A stretch of 64,000 bases of DNA from a virus. Taxonomy: Duplodnaviria; Caudoviricetes. Shown here one piece after another: positions 35,201-45,601 of the stretch. Both the position numbers and the translations under genes were made by a program. Each line of letters opens with the position of its first letter. The stretch's first letter is position 1. Under the pieces are notes generated by a model, which was not told the DNA's origin, did not search any database, and saw only the letters and a program-made list of their open reading frames with translations. The DNA lies in IMG/VR virus record IMGVR_UViG_3300025707_000003, positions 141,704-205,703 of that record; one strand, 5' to 3'.

Positions 35201-38200
35201 CACAGTATTGGTTGGTCCAGAGCAGATTAACGCAGGGCTTTATAGTATTGGTCAAAACACAATACGATTTTCTTTTGAGGTGTCGAGTACGACATCGGTC
35301 AAAGTGTCTTATACGACCTTAACCTCTAACGGTGGAGATGGAACAGTTCGGACATCTAGTGGTATGGTGATCCCTAAATATAAGATTGATAAGGGAGCGA
35401 CCTCTTTATCTGTTCAAAGAGACTTTACGAGTGTCTTAGGTGTTGGAGATTTGATTTATGTAGGCACACAGATCTTCAATGTTGGGTCAGTGAGTGCGAG
35501 TAGCATTACAGTGAGTCCACCTGCGAGGGTAAATATAGAGTCCGAGATGATTGCATATCTCAATGTGCCTTCATTCACATATGGAGCAACAACTAGCTCG
35601 TATGCCTTTAGAACGGTGAATAATGCGAACATCACGGCAAAGCCGAAGAGTCCAGACATTTTGATACAGGGAGATTACAGGGACTTTATTAAGGCTCAAT
35701 CCATTGTGGTTCTTCAAGGAACTCCGTACCGAGTCAAGGTGGTAGGTCTTGATGACGCAACAGGTATGACCAAAGTTACTATAGAAGGGTTCACTTCTGG
35801 TCATGACTTTACATCTAACAACGACTTCCACATTTCTTTTAGACCTGTTCTTCTTGAGGGTGCTACGAGTCTTACTTTAAATACTGGTATTGTAGACACT
35901 GAGAGTTTTCAACTCATCAAGTACAGCCACACAGAGGGTAGGGGTCGCCTCCTAACTCCTAATGAGGACTACAAGTTCAACTCAGAAGCAGGGTTAATCA
36001 ACCTCACTAATGGACATGATGTTAGACCTCAAGTCAGTTATTACTTGCTCCACACAGCTTTGAGTGGTGTCAAGCCTTTTACTCTTTTAGGTGGTCGGGT
36101 AAGTAAGCCCACATACAAAGCGATTTTCAATCAATCAACAACGCCTAAATCTTATGATGGTTTGGGGTTGAATGTCCGTTGTGTTGTTTCCTCACCAGAT
36201 ACATTCCAAATTCGCATAGCAGACGATGATACTTACTCATCAGAAATCGCCAATGAGCTTCAACAGAGTCTTAATCAAGGTACAGGTTCTGGAGGTAAGT
36301 TGGTCATTTCTTCCCCTACCTCACAGGGTAAGGCGATAGGGATATATGACTTACTAGCGAATGATGTTGTGGCTCGATCAAGGATCAATCTTTACAATGG
36401 TTATGTTCAACCTGTGGATGACATCATCTCTACTACAACGGGTAAAGTGGTGGGCGATGCAGATGGATCATTTAAGTTTAACTTATTGAGTTCGGGTGAT
36501 TGGATCGCACCAGGTATGGAGGATCACATCACAAGAGAGATTTACCCTCGTTATGTGAGCATGGAGTATCTGACTCCTCTTAATCCATTAAACCCTTTTC
36601 CAACACCTGAAGATACTATCTTGATTGGAGGAGTACCTCCAGAGTCGGATCGGTTATCTTTGTTGTTATTACAGCAGAGGGATTTGATCGAGAATGAGAT
36701 GGATGACTATGTTCTCATAGGTCAAAGGGAGAAGACATCATTCGACTTTGGTGCAGGCATTTTAAACTTATATTTGAGATATGATTATATACCTGTCTAT
36801 CGAGCCATGTGGAAAAGACATAGGTTCAGTCGGTTATTCCCAACAAGTACGAGAATGTACTCATATCGCTCACCTGGGACACTTAACACCTCAACCAATG
36901 GTAATACCATAGCCAATGTTCAAAACAACGCTCTAGGGCAAATAGAGAACATCACTTCGCTTCCTATGATTAAGCGTAGGTCAGCTAGGTTTAGGGTCTA
37001 TGACTTCTCTCTTACAGGATTCCCTAGCATAGATGCAGGATCAAGTGGGAAGCCGACATTTATCCTTTCGGCTTTACCTTTAGATGAGTTCCCTATTAAT
37101 AGTGCGACTGGTATTGTAGACACCGCACAGTTCATGTCTGAGGGAGGAGATCTCGCTGATGTTGTTGTGGGTAATGTTGACAGGACATTTAACGGTCTTA
37201 ATCCTTTATCTAAAATTAAATTAAGTCGTAATGGTGGGGATTTCTATCCAATCCTAAACACAGCCCGAACAGCAACTCTTGTGGACTTAGGTTTATTCCC
37301 ACCTTTAGAGCAAGAAGCACCTCGTAATGCAACGGTTTCTAGTGTGTTGAAAGGTTGTTTAGTTGTTCTCAATGGGAACGCATTTACATTAAAGATTAAT
37401 GGTGAGTCTTTGACTAAAAACCCACCTAAGCGTGGAGATACTATTATTGAATCTTTCGCTCGTGATCTTGATGATGAAAGTTCACCGAACACTACATTTA
37501 GAGTTGGTTCTGATATAGGTCTTAAGAGTAGCACAGGAGAACTGGTAGATATAAGCCTCCCAAGTTTTAATGACCCCGATTGGCCTATTAAAGAGATAGT
37601 CGGTCAGACAGTGCCTAGTGGTAGATTAGCCTTAGAAGGGGTTGTTGATTTCACATATACTGAAACCACACCGTTCAGATACCCTGCTTTAGACGGAGAC
37701 TCTTTAGATGACACAGGGGATGAGTCTATACCGTATATGAGCAGATTTAATGAGAGGGACTTATTACCTCAAATACCTCCTGCTTTGAATGGACTTCAAG
37801 TACAGACCACCAATGCCATATCGGGTGTTGATGAGTATGCTTATCCAGATGAAGCTAGAGGTACAGCTAGTATCTCGAATGGGATCATCACAACAAGCGA
37901 AGATTTCTCTGCTTTGAATGGGATCTGTGAGCAAGCACCAAGACAGGGTGATCTGCTTATATTGAAGCCCGATTCAAGCGATGCTTCTACAGGTGTCCTT
38001 GAGATCGCAACTATTAATGGGTCTGAGATCTTGCCCCCAACATACACTACACCTGGTGCTGTGTCATGTAGGATACCAAACTTGATGGCAGACTTTAGAG
38101 AGTTCTCTAATGGTGTTTTCATCGAGGAAGATTGGCCTTTCAACGCAGTAACTGGTCTCCATGATAGATCCGAGTTGAAGATGTACTTTTTTCAACACTC

Positions 38201-41200
38201 GATACAAGAACTCTTTGACAACCCACAAGCTGATTTAGAGATCACAGTTCACATTCATAACTTTGATGACAATGTGACAAACCCAAACATAAACGCTCAC
38301 TCATTTCGTTTTAGATATGACGGAGCTAACTGGGAAGTTGCTTTAATAAATGAGCTTACCCCCTCAGAAACTATCGTACCTAATCTCTCAGTTTCAGCTA
38401 CAGCCCCTAGTGAGCTAACAATCGTTCAAGATCCCGTACCTAACCCATTCGATCCCTCTACAGAAACTTGGGCAGACTCTGCGGATATGGGATCTTGGCT
38501 TTTTGAAGATTATTGGGACGGTGTAAATCACTTCTATAATCCAATACCCCCTATTGGTGGGTCTACTGGATATATATTCACACAACGACAAGGGGGGTCA
38601 ATGACTCCCTCAAATTATCGCATTTCTGTTAAGAGTAATGCTACGGTCTTAGATAATCGTGTGGATGTCGTGTTCCCTATGAGCCTCATTCCTCATGCGT
38701 TCATACAAGATCCTATTTATGCAGGTGGTTCTAATACAGATCAAAAACTAATCATTGATGGAACAACGCTAGGGGTTAAAGAGGAAGGCGGAGTTGGAAC
38801 AGATACAATCACCTCCGATGTGAATGATGGGGATTTTTATTTCTCGTCTGTTAACGACACAACATTAAGACCACTATCTCTTGACGGTATCACACGGTCA
38901 GATGATCCAATGTCAATCTTCATTGGGTCAGAGGTAGATGAGACAGATACGATTTTACAAGGCACAGCTCGATCTGGACTTGTCAACTCAGCGGGTAATG
39001 AAGATAAAGGTAAAGGCATACTTCGTAATGTGTCCCCTACACAGGGTACAACGGCTCAAGTCCACACAGGTGATCTGCTGTATATTGAGAGTGGTCACAA
39101 TGCGGGTACACATCGGGTCTTAGATGTCATAGAGACTGATATAAGCTCAGAGATCACAGAAACTTTGGGGTCAAGCCAAGTCCTACCCGTAGTGTTCCCT
39201 AAAGTTGTAAGCCTAGACACAGGCACAAAAGTTTTAACTACAGATGTAGCTGATCTCACGCAATACTTTAGCGACCTCAATGCTGGCTCTATCTACATCA
39301 TATTAAATGATAACTACACTAACACCCCCACTCCAACATTAGACTCTACTCCAGCTCTCGTTAAAGACCCAGTATTTGGTGTCTCTATTATTAAGGTCGA
39401 TTACACTAACATCGCAGGGTCAGAGATCACTTTGGATTTCCCATGTGAATATGCAGATGGAACAGGTATCGCAAACGCTACTGGTTTGAATACGATCTTA
39501 GGGAGTTATAACCAAGTCATTGGCGGGGTGAATAAGATACCTTTCAACTTAGAGGCAACAGGTTTAGCAAGTAATGGTTTATCTGCCTCCTTTGGGGTAG
39601 ACCTAACCTTACAGATGATCGTAGGTGGTGGTATCGCAGGTTCAGCAAGTGCTTCAAATACGCCAGCTAATCCATTCTTAGAGACTCAAGTAGTTAGAAC
39701 CGATAAAGGTTTAGTCTCACACATAACACTAGATGTCAGCGATGCTAATCTCTATCCAGTCATTACAGATACAGGGAGTCAAACCTACGGTAAGTCTTTC
39801 TTATCTCCTAATGACACCATCACCTTAACTGTTAAGTTGGACGCAGGTCTTTACCTTGATACAACATTCCCTCTACTCCTTAGAGAAGACTATAATGGCA
39901 CTGCACCCGTTGAGTTTGGTGATGGCACAAGCCAAGTCAGATCCCCTATACAATCTACCCTAACAAATCTACCCGCATGGGATTGGTATGAGGAAGTCAC
40001 ATTCACTGTTCGCAGACTCAGACGCTTCACAGATGTGTTCTCGAAGCTCATCTATGCGTTCGAGGGGTTTCGATACCTTTATGAGCAACGAGTTGGTCGA
40101 GTAGATAGTGTGGCTTACGCAAATGGTGTGATTACCCTTACACCACTCAAGGTTGATGGTGAGGGTGTTGCTGATGTTAATGGTACAGATACACAGGTAG
40201 GGGACTTTGCAAATGTTGTGTCTGTAGGAGATCAAGTACAGTGCGTTAATGCGTCTAACCTTGAGACTCTTTATTTGAGAATCCTTGAAGTTGGTTCTAC
40301 GCTCAAATGTTCCGCAATCAGAGGTTCAGTCTCCGTTGTTTCCAACGGTGATGTTTTTAAGATCATCACTCGTGTTCCTCTTATCCCCGAACTACAAGCG
40401 TTCGATCAGTTTATTGAACATGGCTTCACAGAGGTTCATTCTACAACGCCACAGGCTGGTATCTCTGTCGGGTTTGAGAATATACTTACAGACACTAACG
40501 CTGACTTCATCTCACTTGGTGTAGCAACAGGTGATTTCTTAGTTATCGACCCTCAAGGAGAGTTGGCAGGTTCTAACCCGACCGAATATGGATCACCACC
40601 TAAAGGAGATAATGGAGATGGTACTGTAGGGTCATCTCATGTTCTTGATGACAATAGGGGAGCTTACAAGGTGGTATCTGTAGATGATGCTAACACACTT
40701 GCTGTTGAGTTTTATGCAGGGGATAGTGGAACTGCTAGAACAACTTATAAACTCTTGCCCTCTGTTAATGGGGATGACGCTCAACCATTGCGTGAGACTT
40801 CTAGTATAGTCGGTAGCTCCTATGCGACAACCAATCACTCGATCCATCCATTCTCTTATCGTATCCTTAGACGGAAGACCACTCTTGGGGAGTCGCTTGC
40901 AGGTTCGTTCTTGTTCTTTAGGGAGAGGACGCTTTCATGGGTAGAGGTTATTCGTTCTTTCAACGCACTCCCTACTCAGCCATACACATGGTCGCAATAT
41001 GAAACCGAGAACTTGATTGATAGCGTAGGTGTTGCAGACCTCAGTCACCCATCTAATGATCTCTTATTACAAAACATCTTAGGTAATGAAGTTCCCAATC
41101 CTTTTGAGAACAATGAAACTTGTTTATCTGTATATGATAGGCGAATGTTGATTGAAGACCCGAAGATGGCAGAAGAGGGGTATGGGACACCCGAAGAGGG

Positions 41201-41363
41201 CATCCCAACGGTGCTTGAAAATGATATATCTTCTATGAACGCTAGAGATAATAGGTACGCATGGATTTCTGTTCGTACCGATCAAGTAAACGGCACTCTC
41301 TCTAAACTTAGTAGGGTGAATCTTAACAACCCCGATGACACAGCATTGGAGGACATCAAATGA
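32244..41363 (+). CDS. Very large (3039 aa) putative virion/baseplate structural protein
   Basis: Uninterrupted ORF, beta-strand-rich, repeated GD-hhh...G-x-(F/Y)-x-V modules, no catalytic motif recognised. Confidence 0.8.
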   Translation: MSKIILDVRSGERNDSTTGLCLRVVDASVVEVDGRWERVGRDLYEIGSSCGAVESYALISSGDGEIGSESVGVSFEKLFEDAIDGVYYYLTNSRVWLSSVRDENGAVLDHFFGGTVVHSVRSDLDTDNLEGTGVCGGLFWWSRNDVSRTRFSYENRGWSLLRGGAGSIVGEVGSEDDIIAGLEGELRIGGGNVAEVSVTVYEIGTEGVFPVVSEGSEEDAFNGGVEGVVLNPSGKVLFKEGSDHVGKEILYISGTLGDFESNVVGEQDYLSPKPRLNERPLLRVAGYGYSDVEFVATEAQLVDAEYGKVKVALDSGRILSSGQPVIYDGLVLCDAPIGVGAGVDGLTPVEKMDIPDGSGLEPSGVASSFDPTGVGLKWDYRYERMYVRLVEAGRTLPVELVERLPKRLSVHRGYLVQGTTSVVLSRAWSNQTKKIFGGHVALNRGGLKHMSILRLTGTGSFKVDGAVVSFTGENVVGSGVSVVDGYLVVDSGSIVDHPSTTEEFESLRSIGLVPSSSLETGLEFVLTRSSVKGYYSFDEEKVADISGSTAFQFLQFEPRVDFSGYESGKFFKIGDKVLGDTDIEPAFGGNPNGFHWIVGRTVSSKVNQETSRLALGAGLRVGTTSITITQEQMNGSISTQPLTEGVDYDLPSDGLEGQARLISRLGSEVLSGQKVGSLVGVDLDLSVGVDATQVRQGDFFYDGLNYFKIVAITGTVITLSSALGIQLGRWKIYRGYREGLEETETPDPTKVVGEILDDLPVLDRKAVEIYKVYGTLAFDKVLPSSTLFIRKGDDSYPLTVLRDDVLLSPYELSGDHYTSGSYRIKVGEIEYEAGVGHTKEGEVVEKGFTVTDNRVVFESPMGVANSSWVDGEVIFVRKPRSGLVDTAEMDLSLTLTTPFDPDPFDDFLELLANPRFEATSGAISFEDPLEVGVGVEVSYTPTDDPDGVRIIEAMGFVVIQEEATRVNGFEFTYNPTGKEVELLASPTVLVGPEQINAGLYSIGQNTIRFSFEVSSTTSVKVSYTTLTSNGGDGTVRTSSGMVIPKYKIDKGATSLSVQRDFTSVLGVGDLIYVGTQIFNVGSVSASSITVSPPARVNIESEMIAYLNVPSFTYGATTSSYAFRTVNNANITAKPKSPDILIQGDYRDFIKAQSIVVLQGTPYRVKVVGLDDATGMTKVTIEGFTSGHDFTSNNDFHISFRPVLLEGATSLTLNTGIVDTESFQLIKYSHTEGRGRLLTPNEDYKFNSEAGLINLTNGHDVRPQVSYYLLHTALSGVKPFTLLGGRVSKPTYKAIFNQSTTPKSYDGLGLNVRCVVSSPDTFQIRIADDDTYSSEIANELQQSLNQGTGSGGKLVISSPTSQGKAIGIYDLLANDVVARSRINLYNGYVQPVDDIISTTTGKVVGDADGSFKFNLLSSGDWIAPGMEDHITREIYPRYVSMEYLTPLNPLNPFPTPEDTILIGGVPPESDRLSLLLLQQRDLIENEMDDYVLIGQREKTSFDFGAGILNLYLRYDYIPVYRAMWKRHRFSRLFPTSTRMYSYRSPGTLNTSTNGNTIANVQNNALGQIENITSLPMIKRRSARFRVYDFSLTGFPSIDAGSSGKPTFILSALPLDEFPINSATGIVDTAQFMSEGGDLADVVVGNVDRTFNGLNPLSKIKLSRNGGDFYPILNTARTATLVDLGLFPPLEQEAPRNATVSSVLKGCLVVLNGNAFTLKINGESLTKNPPKRGDTIIESFARDLDDESSPNTTFRVGSDIGLKSSTGELVDISLPSFNDPDWPIKEIVGQTVPSGRLALEGVVDFTYTETTPFRYPALDGDSLDDTGDESIPYMSRFNERDLLPQIPPALNGLQVQTTNAISGVDEYAYPDEARGTASISNGIITTSEDFSALNGICEQAPRQGDLLILKPDSSDASTGVLEIATINGSEILPPTYTTPGAVSCRIPNLMADFREFSNGVFIEEDWPFNAVTGLHDRSELKMYFFQHSIQELFDNPQADLEITVHIHNFDDNVTNPNINAHSFRFRYDGANWEVALINELTPSETIVPNLSVSATAPSELTIVQDPVPNPFDPSTETWADSADMGSWLFEDYWDGVNHFYNPIPPIGGSTGYIFTQRQGGSMTPSNYRISVKSNATVLDNRVDVVFPMSLIPHAFIQDPIYAGGSNTDQKLIIDGTTLGVKEEGGVGTDTITSDVNDGDFYFSSVNDTTLRPLSLDGITRSDDPMSIFIGSEVDETDTILQGTARSGLVNSAGNEDKGKGILRNVSPTQGTTAQVHTGDLLYIESGHNAGTHRVLDVIETDISSEITETLGSSQVLPVVFPKVVSLDTGTKVLTTDVADLTQYFSDLNAGSIYIILNDNYTNTPTPTLDSTPALVKDPVFGVSIIKVDYTNIAGSEITLDFPCEYADGTGIANATGLNTILGSYNQVIGGVNKIPFNLEATGLASNGLSASFGVDLTLQMIVGGGIAGSASASNTPANPFLETQVVRTDKGLVSHITLDVSDANLYPVITDTGSQTYGKSFLSPNDTITLTVKLDAGLYLDTTFPLLLREDYNGTAPVEFGDGTSQVRSPIQSTLTNLPAWDWYEEVTFTVRRLRRFTDVFSKLIYAFEGFRYLYEQRVGRVDSVAYANGVITLTPLKVDGEGVADVNGTDTQVGDFANVVSVGDQVQCVNASNLETLYLRILEVGSTLKCSAIRGSVSVVSNGDVFKIITRVPLIPELQAFDQFIEHGFTEVHSTTPQAGISVGFENILTDTNADFISLGVATGDFLVIDPQGELAGSNPTEYGSPPKGDNGDGTVGSSHVLDDNRGAYKVVSVDDANTLAVEFYAGDSGTARTTYKLLPSVNGDDAQPLRETSSIVGSSYATTNHSIHPFSYRILRRKTTLGESLAGSFLFFRERTLSWVEVIRSFNALPTQPYTWSQYETENLIDSVGVADLSHPSNDLLLQNILGNEVPNPFENNETCLSVYDRRMLIEDPKMAEEGYGTPEEGIPTVLENDISSMNARDNRYAWISVRTDQVNGTLSKLSRVNLNNPDDTALEDIK

Positions 41364-41569
41364 GTAATGAAAATAAATGGACTAGAACACCCGAAGAGCC
41401 AAACCTTAATGGCACAGAGGTAGGGAAGCTCTTAGATAACTTAAAGACGCTTCAAGCACACTACGAGGGTAAGCTACAAGGGGATTTAGGTAACTTAGCT
41501 GTTCTTGAACAAGCACTCGCTAAGTGGGAACTACAAAAAAGAAATAGAAAGGTAGACCCCAATGGCTGA
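41360..41569 (+). CDS. Small hypothetical protein
   Basis: 69 aa, coupled on both sides. Confidence 0.7.
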   Translation: MSNENKWTRTPEEPNLNGTEVGKLLDNLKTLQAHYEGKLQGDLGNLAVLEQALAKWELQKRNRKVDPNG

Positions 41570-44012
41570 GGACAACCCCACTTTTACCGTCAAAGCTCCA
41601 GGCTTTAACACTTGGGGTAATGTCGGTATTTCAAAAGACAACGATTTTTATAAGCTCTTAGACGAAACCAAAGAGAAAACGGATGCTGTCTTTGAGGTCG
41701 TCAATCTTGTTTTTGATCTAGTCAACTCTGCGTTAGATTTTATTGCTTCCCTACTGATTGACTTCACTAATCCTTTGAAGCCCATCATTGAAGCAATCAT
41801 CGCTTTCTTAGACTCTTTTATCTCTGACCTTCGCAACTTTGGCTGGTATCTTACTTACGATAAAAAACAGTTTAAAAACCCAGCTGAAAAACTACTCGGT
41901 GGATATCCTGCATTTGAAAGTCGAATAATTGAAAAGCTGTTAAAGATCAAAGATCCTACTCGACCTAACTTCTCTCCCGAAAGTAAAGTGTTCGCAATGA
42001 CCTTCTTTGCAGGAGCAGACGCATCATCACTAGGTGCGATTATTTCGGCTATAAAGAAGTTACTTAAACTTTTCCTCACCCTTAAAGGTCCGAGCGATAA
42101 GGCTGAAGCCCCCATCAACTTACAGGTCGGTTATTACAATGATGTTGTAGGTAGCATCGAGATACCAAATGTGTATAAACCCGATGGGGTAAGGGTTAAA
42201 TGGAATCTACCTCCCCCTCCCTCAACAAATAAGATCCTGCCCAAGTCGTTCATACTACCAGATTATTTCTTATTCTCTGTGGCTACTCGACAGGCAACCG
42301 AACGAATCGCTTACATCAACAGAAAACCGAGAGATCCTTATGATGAGGTGGGTATAGACGCATTCGGACCAGAAAAGTCTACCGTTCAAGAATTAATAGG
42401 GGATCTAGACGCTAGACTATGGCCTCTCATCAAGACTGACAGTGAGTTCACTAAGCTCGATGAGTCTAAAGTTCTTGAACGACTTGATCAGATGCCCGAT
42501 GGGATTGGCACTCTAGGGTCGTTCATCTTAAAGGGAGATGATGACTATTACCTCAACAAGATTGGAGAGGAGAAAATCTCTGATGTTTATAGGTGTTTCG
42601 TATATGGAAGTGGTGGGGGAGCATTGTTTGGAGACAATGACTTCTCTTTCGACATCCCCCTAGAATCCCTAAAGATCAATGACAGTTTAGCGTCAGAGTA
42701 TTTCATCACGATATATTCTCTCACAATGGAATCAAACGACTATGACTCTATATCTAAGAAAAAGAAGGATCTGCCAAGTGGGGGGCTGAACATAAGAGTA
42801 GGCACACACGAACTAGTAGAAACAGGCGAATTTCTTATTAATAAGCCGTGGGGGAACAAATATTATCTAGGGATAGAAGCTGGAGAACTGTCTAAGCCCT
42901 CAGCCACAGTAGTAGTTAAAAGCCCATCTGAGATACGAGAAAAATACCTCAAAGCAGTTAAGTTTTATTTCCTCGCTCACTTATTGGCACAGCCATATAT
43001 TGAAAGCCACAAAGCAAAACTTGGGTATGAAAATCCTGTGGGTAAAGAGGAAACACTCTTAAAAGAGTTCGCAGAAAGCATCGAAGGAAAACATCTCCAT
43101 CAAAATAAGCAGAGTCGTAAAGTATTTGCTTTAGGTATCCAAGAATGGCTAAGAAAGATCATGATTAGGTTTAAGGAGGGTATGCCCTCAGATGCGACTC
43201 TTAGGTCTTTATCTAATAGCCTAGATAAGATCAACAGTTTCCCTCTTGACTTGGAGGTGCTGGTAAAGAATGAGGTAGAAGGAGAGCATCATGATTTAGA
43301 TCTTTATCCAGATCTTAGGTCGGTTCTAGATAGCATCAAAAACATTGAAATAGAACAGGAACTTATAACTTCTAACTACGATGGAGTTGCACAGTTCATG
43401 TATGCAGGTACTAAACCAAAGTATAAGGCTTCAGACTTCATGCACGATAAATGGCCAGAGAGTAAACAACCTGTGATCTTTGACGATGCCATGACTGGGT
43501 TTGTAGGTCACCTCATCTTCCACAAAGAGTTCAGAGAAACATTCAGACTCGCACAAAGAGTGGTGACCCTAAGCCCTCCTTCTGTTGGAGGAGGGGAATG
43601 GCTAAACCAACGACCTTTTAGAGACTCCGACCTAAGTGCTTTGACTAACTTTATAGACACAGTTAAAAAGTACATGGAAGGATTTCTTAAAGGTCTTGAG
43701 GGGATTGTCGCTCAAATACTGAAGTTCATCCATATGTTGAAAACTAGGATAGCTCAAGTGCAGGCGATCATAGCGAGAATAAAAGCTCTCATAGACTTAA
43801 TACTGAGCTTCAGATTTCCTGCTGGTCTATATGGCACATTCCATTTAGCTGATGGTACAGCGGGTCTTGTTTCAGCATTACAACAGTCCGAAGATAAGCC
43901 CGACATAGGTACTAGTGGTTATGGGACTGGTGTAATGGTGGTTGCAGGTGGTGTTCCTACTATACTTATTGATTTTTTGATCGCCCTTATGGGTGGAGAG
44001 GGAGAGGAATAA
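41562..44012 (+). CDS. Putative virion structural protein
   Basis: 816 aa with long amphipathic helices at both ends; in an operon with the giant ORF. Confidence 0.7.
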   Translation: MAEDNPTFTVKAPGFNTWGNVGISKDNDFYKLLDETKEKTDAVFEVVNLVFDLVNSALDFIASLLIDFTNPLKPIIEAIIAFLDSFISDLRNFGWYLTYDKKQFKNPAEKLLGGYPAFESRIIEKLLKIKDPTRPNFSPESKVFAMTFFAGADASSLGAIISAIKKLLKLFLTLKGPSDKAEAPINLQVGYYNDVVGSIEIPNVYKPDGVRVKWNLPPPPSTNKILPKSFILPDYFLFSVATRQATERIAYINRKPRDPYDEVGIDAFGPEKSTVQELIGDLDARLWPLIKTDSEFTKLDESKVLERLDQMPDGIGTLGSFILKGDDDYYLNKIGEEKISDVYRCFVYGSGGGALFGDNDFSFDIPLESLKINDSLASEYFITIYSLTMESNDYDSISKKKKDLPSGGLNIRVGTHELVETGEFLINKPWGNKYYLGIEAGELSKPSATVVVKSPSEIREKYLKAVKFYFLAHLLAQPYIESHKAKLGYENPVGKEETLLKEFAESIEGKHLHQNKQSRKVFALGIQEWLRKIMIRFKEGMPSDATLRSLSNSLDKINSFPLDLEVLVKNEVEGEHHDLDLYPDLRSVLDSIKNIEIEQELITSNYDGVAQFMYAGTKPKYKASDFMHDKWPESKQPVIFDDAMTGFVGHLIFHKEFRETFRLAQRVVTLSPPSVGGGEWLNQRPFRDSDLSALTNFIDTVKKYMEGFLKGLEGIVAQILKFIHMLKTRIAQVQAIIARIKALIDLILSFRFPAGLYGTFHLADGTAGLVSALQQSEDKPDIGTSGYGTGVMVVAGGVPTILIDFLIALMGGEGEE

Positions 44013-44980
44013 TGAGCTTCGGTTGGAACTGTATGTTTCGTAAAGGACAGTGGCTAGAGTTTAGACGCTTTGTCCTTCTTCAAAGACAGAATGTAGGTTA
44101 TCGTATCAACTACATAAATAAAGAGATTAGTCATATAGGAGAAATACGCATCTCTTATGAAAAGGTAGGTGAAGGCGAGGATCAAAGAGTAACAGAAAAA
44201 AGAGTGGGTCTTGAAGTTGGCGTGAACTCGGTTCTCGGCAAACTCTTAAAAGCATATATCGCACAGGGTGGAAATCCTTTTGACATCTCTATGTTTTTAA
44301 AGCCAGATTCTTATCAATGGGTAGAGAGAGAGGTAGAGGCAAGTAGTGAGCAAGGTACAGTCACTGACTCTCAAGGGAACACACAAAATGTGTATAAAAG
44401 TTATGATCTGCCCTATGGTGGTACTTTGTGGCCTAGAACAGCAACGGCTGAAGAATCCGAACAAGTAGACACATCGGGTTGGTTACCTCTACTAAAGTAT
44501 CCAGGGTGGAGACTAGGTGGTAGTAATAAAAGCATTTACCCTAGAGCCGATGAGATAGGTGGGGTGATCTACCATGCTCGTAAATGGGCGACACAAGAAA
44601 TATCTCATTTAAGGAACAACCTAGAAGCGAGGATCATCAAGCTCTGTGATTTAAGAGAACAACTCTTAATTGAGAGGGATGATCTCTTATTTAACGCTCT
44701 TTCTGGCACTGCGTCTAAACTAGCTCCTTATGATCCTAACATACAACTTGATGAGGTACATCTTTCACACATCGTGACCAACATAGATCTCAACTACTTT
44801 GAGGCTATGGATCAAGAACAGATAGATCAGATTGAAGGCCCTCCTGCTCCGAACACTGTTGACCGAGTTGCTTCAAGCGTACCCGACTTTAGCAAACTGA
44901 GGGATCGAGGACCAGAACCTTATTATAAATCGTTGCTTGACGATTATGAGAATGGTGAAGAAGATAACACAGCTCTATGA
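44012..44980 (+). CDS. Putative virion structural protein
   Basis: 322 aa, RBS GGAGG, coupled. Confidence 0.7.
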   Translation: MSFGWNCMFRKGQWLEFRRFVLLQRQNVGYRINYINKEISHIGEIRISYEKVGEGEDQRVTEKRVGLEVGVNSVLGKLLKAYIAQGGNPFDISMFLKPDSYQWVEREVEASSEQGTVTDSQGNTQNVYKSYDLPYGGTLWPRTATAEESEQVDTSGWLPLLKYPGWRLGGSNKSIYPRADEIGGVIYHARKWATQEISHLRNNLEARIIKLCDLREQLLIERDDLLFNALSGTASKLAPYDPNIQLDEVHLSHIVTNIDLNYFEAMDQEQIDQIEGPPAPNTVDRVASSVPDFSKLRDRGPEPYYKSLLDDYENGEEDNTAL

Positions 44981-45297
44981 TTTCTCTTGCTACAAATAAA
45001 ATCGACTTCAAAAGAGGATGGTCTGATAAAGCCTTAGATGCGTTTCAAAAAGGCAAATGTAATATGTGTCTCATGTATTTCTCTGTAGGATTAATAGAGA
45101 GTGGATTCAAAAAGAACGGAGAGTATGCTGGAATGGAGCGTTGGTATTTAGCTGATACGGATATCTATATCTTAGTTAATACAAATACTTCCACTTGGGG
45201 ATTCAATAATCATAGTCACTACCTCATAAAGGATTCTAAAGACTTCTTCGACATCATTCGGAAAGTTTGGGATGAGAGGACCAAACCTGTCGAATAG
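44977..45297 (+). CDS. ExGF...IRxVW paralog family protein
   Basis: LIESGF...IIRKVW. Confidence 0.7.
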   Translation: MISLATNKIDFKRGWSDKALDAFQKGKCNMCLMYFSVGLIESGFKKNGEYAGMERWYLADTDIYILVNTNTSTWGFNNHSHYLIKDSKDFFDIIRKVWDERTKPVE

Positions 45298-45601
45298 TTA
45301 CTAATACAAGATCTCCGTTCTCTCGAAAGCGACTACGAAGAGTCCAAGCCATGTCTAGCGACTGATGGCTTTCATCATCACTGACAAATAAAACTTTACA
45401 TTGAGTGTCTGTGCTAAACTTCACATAGATTAAAATTTGTCCCTTACACCCTTTCATGATGTATTCTTTAGGTGAAGCACTTTGCGTTATAGCAAACCCA
45501 CAATCCGACAACACTTCTTTAAGGTAATCCCATGAGTGTATGTGAGGATTAGGATGCTCACATTTACGCTTACCATTTATTCTCTGTGTGAACATCGCCA
45601 T
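45254..45601 (-). CDS. ExGF...IRxVW paralog family protein
   Basis: LSDCGF...TIRQVW. Confidence 0.7.
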   Translation of the reverse strand: MAMFTQRINGKRKCEHPNPHIHSWDYLKEVLSDCGFAITQSASPKEYIMKGCKGQILIYVKFSTDTQCKVLFVSDDESHQSLDMAWTLRSRFRENGDLVLVTIRQVWSSHPKLSE

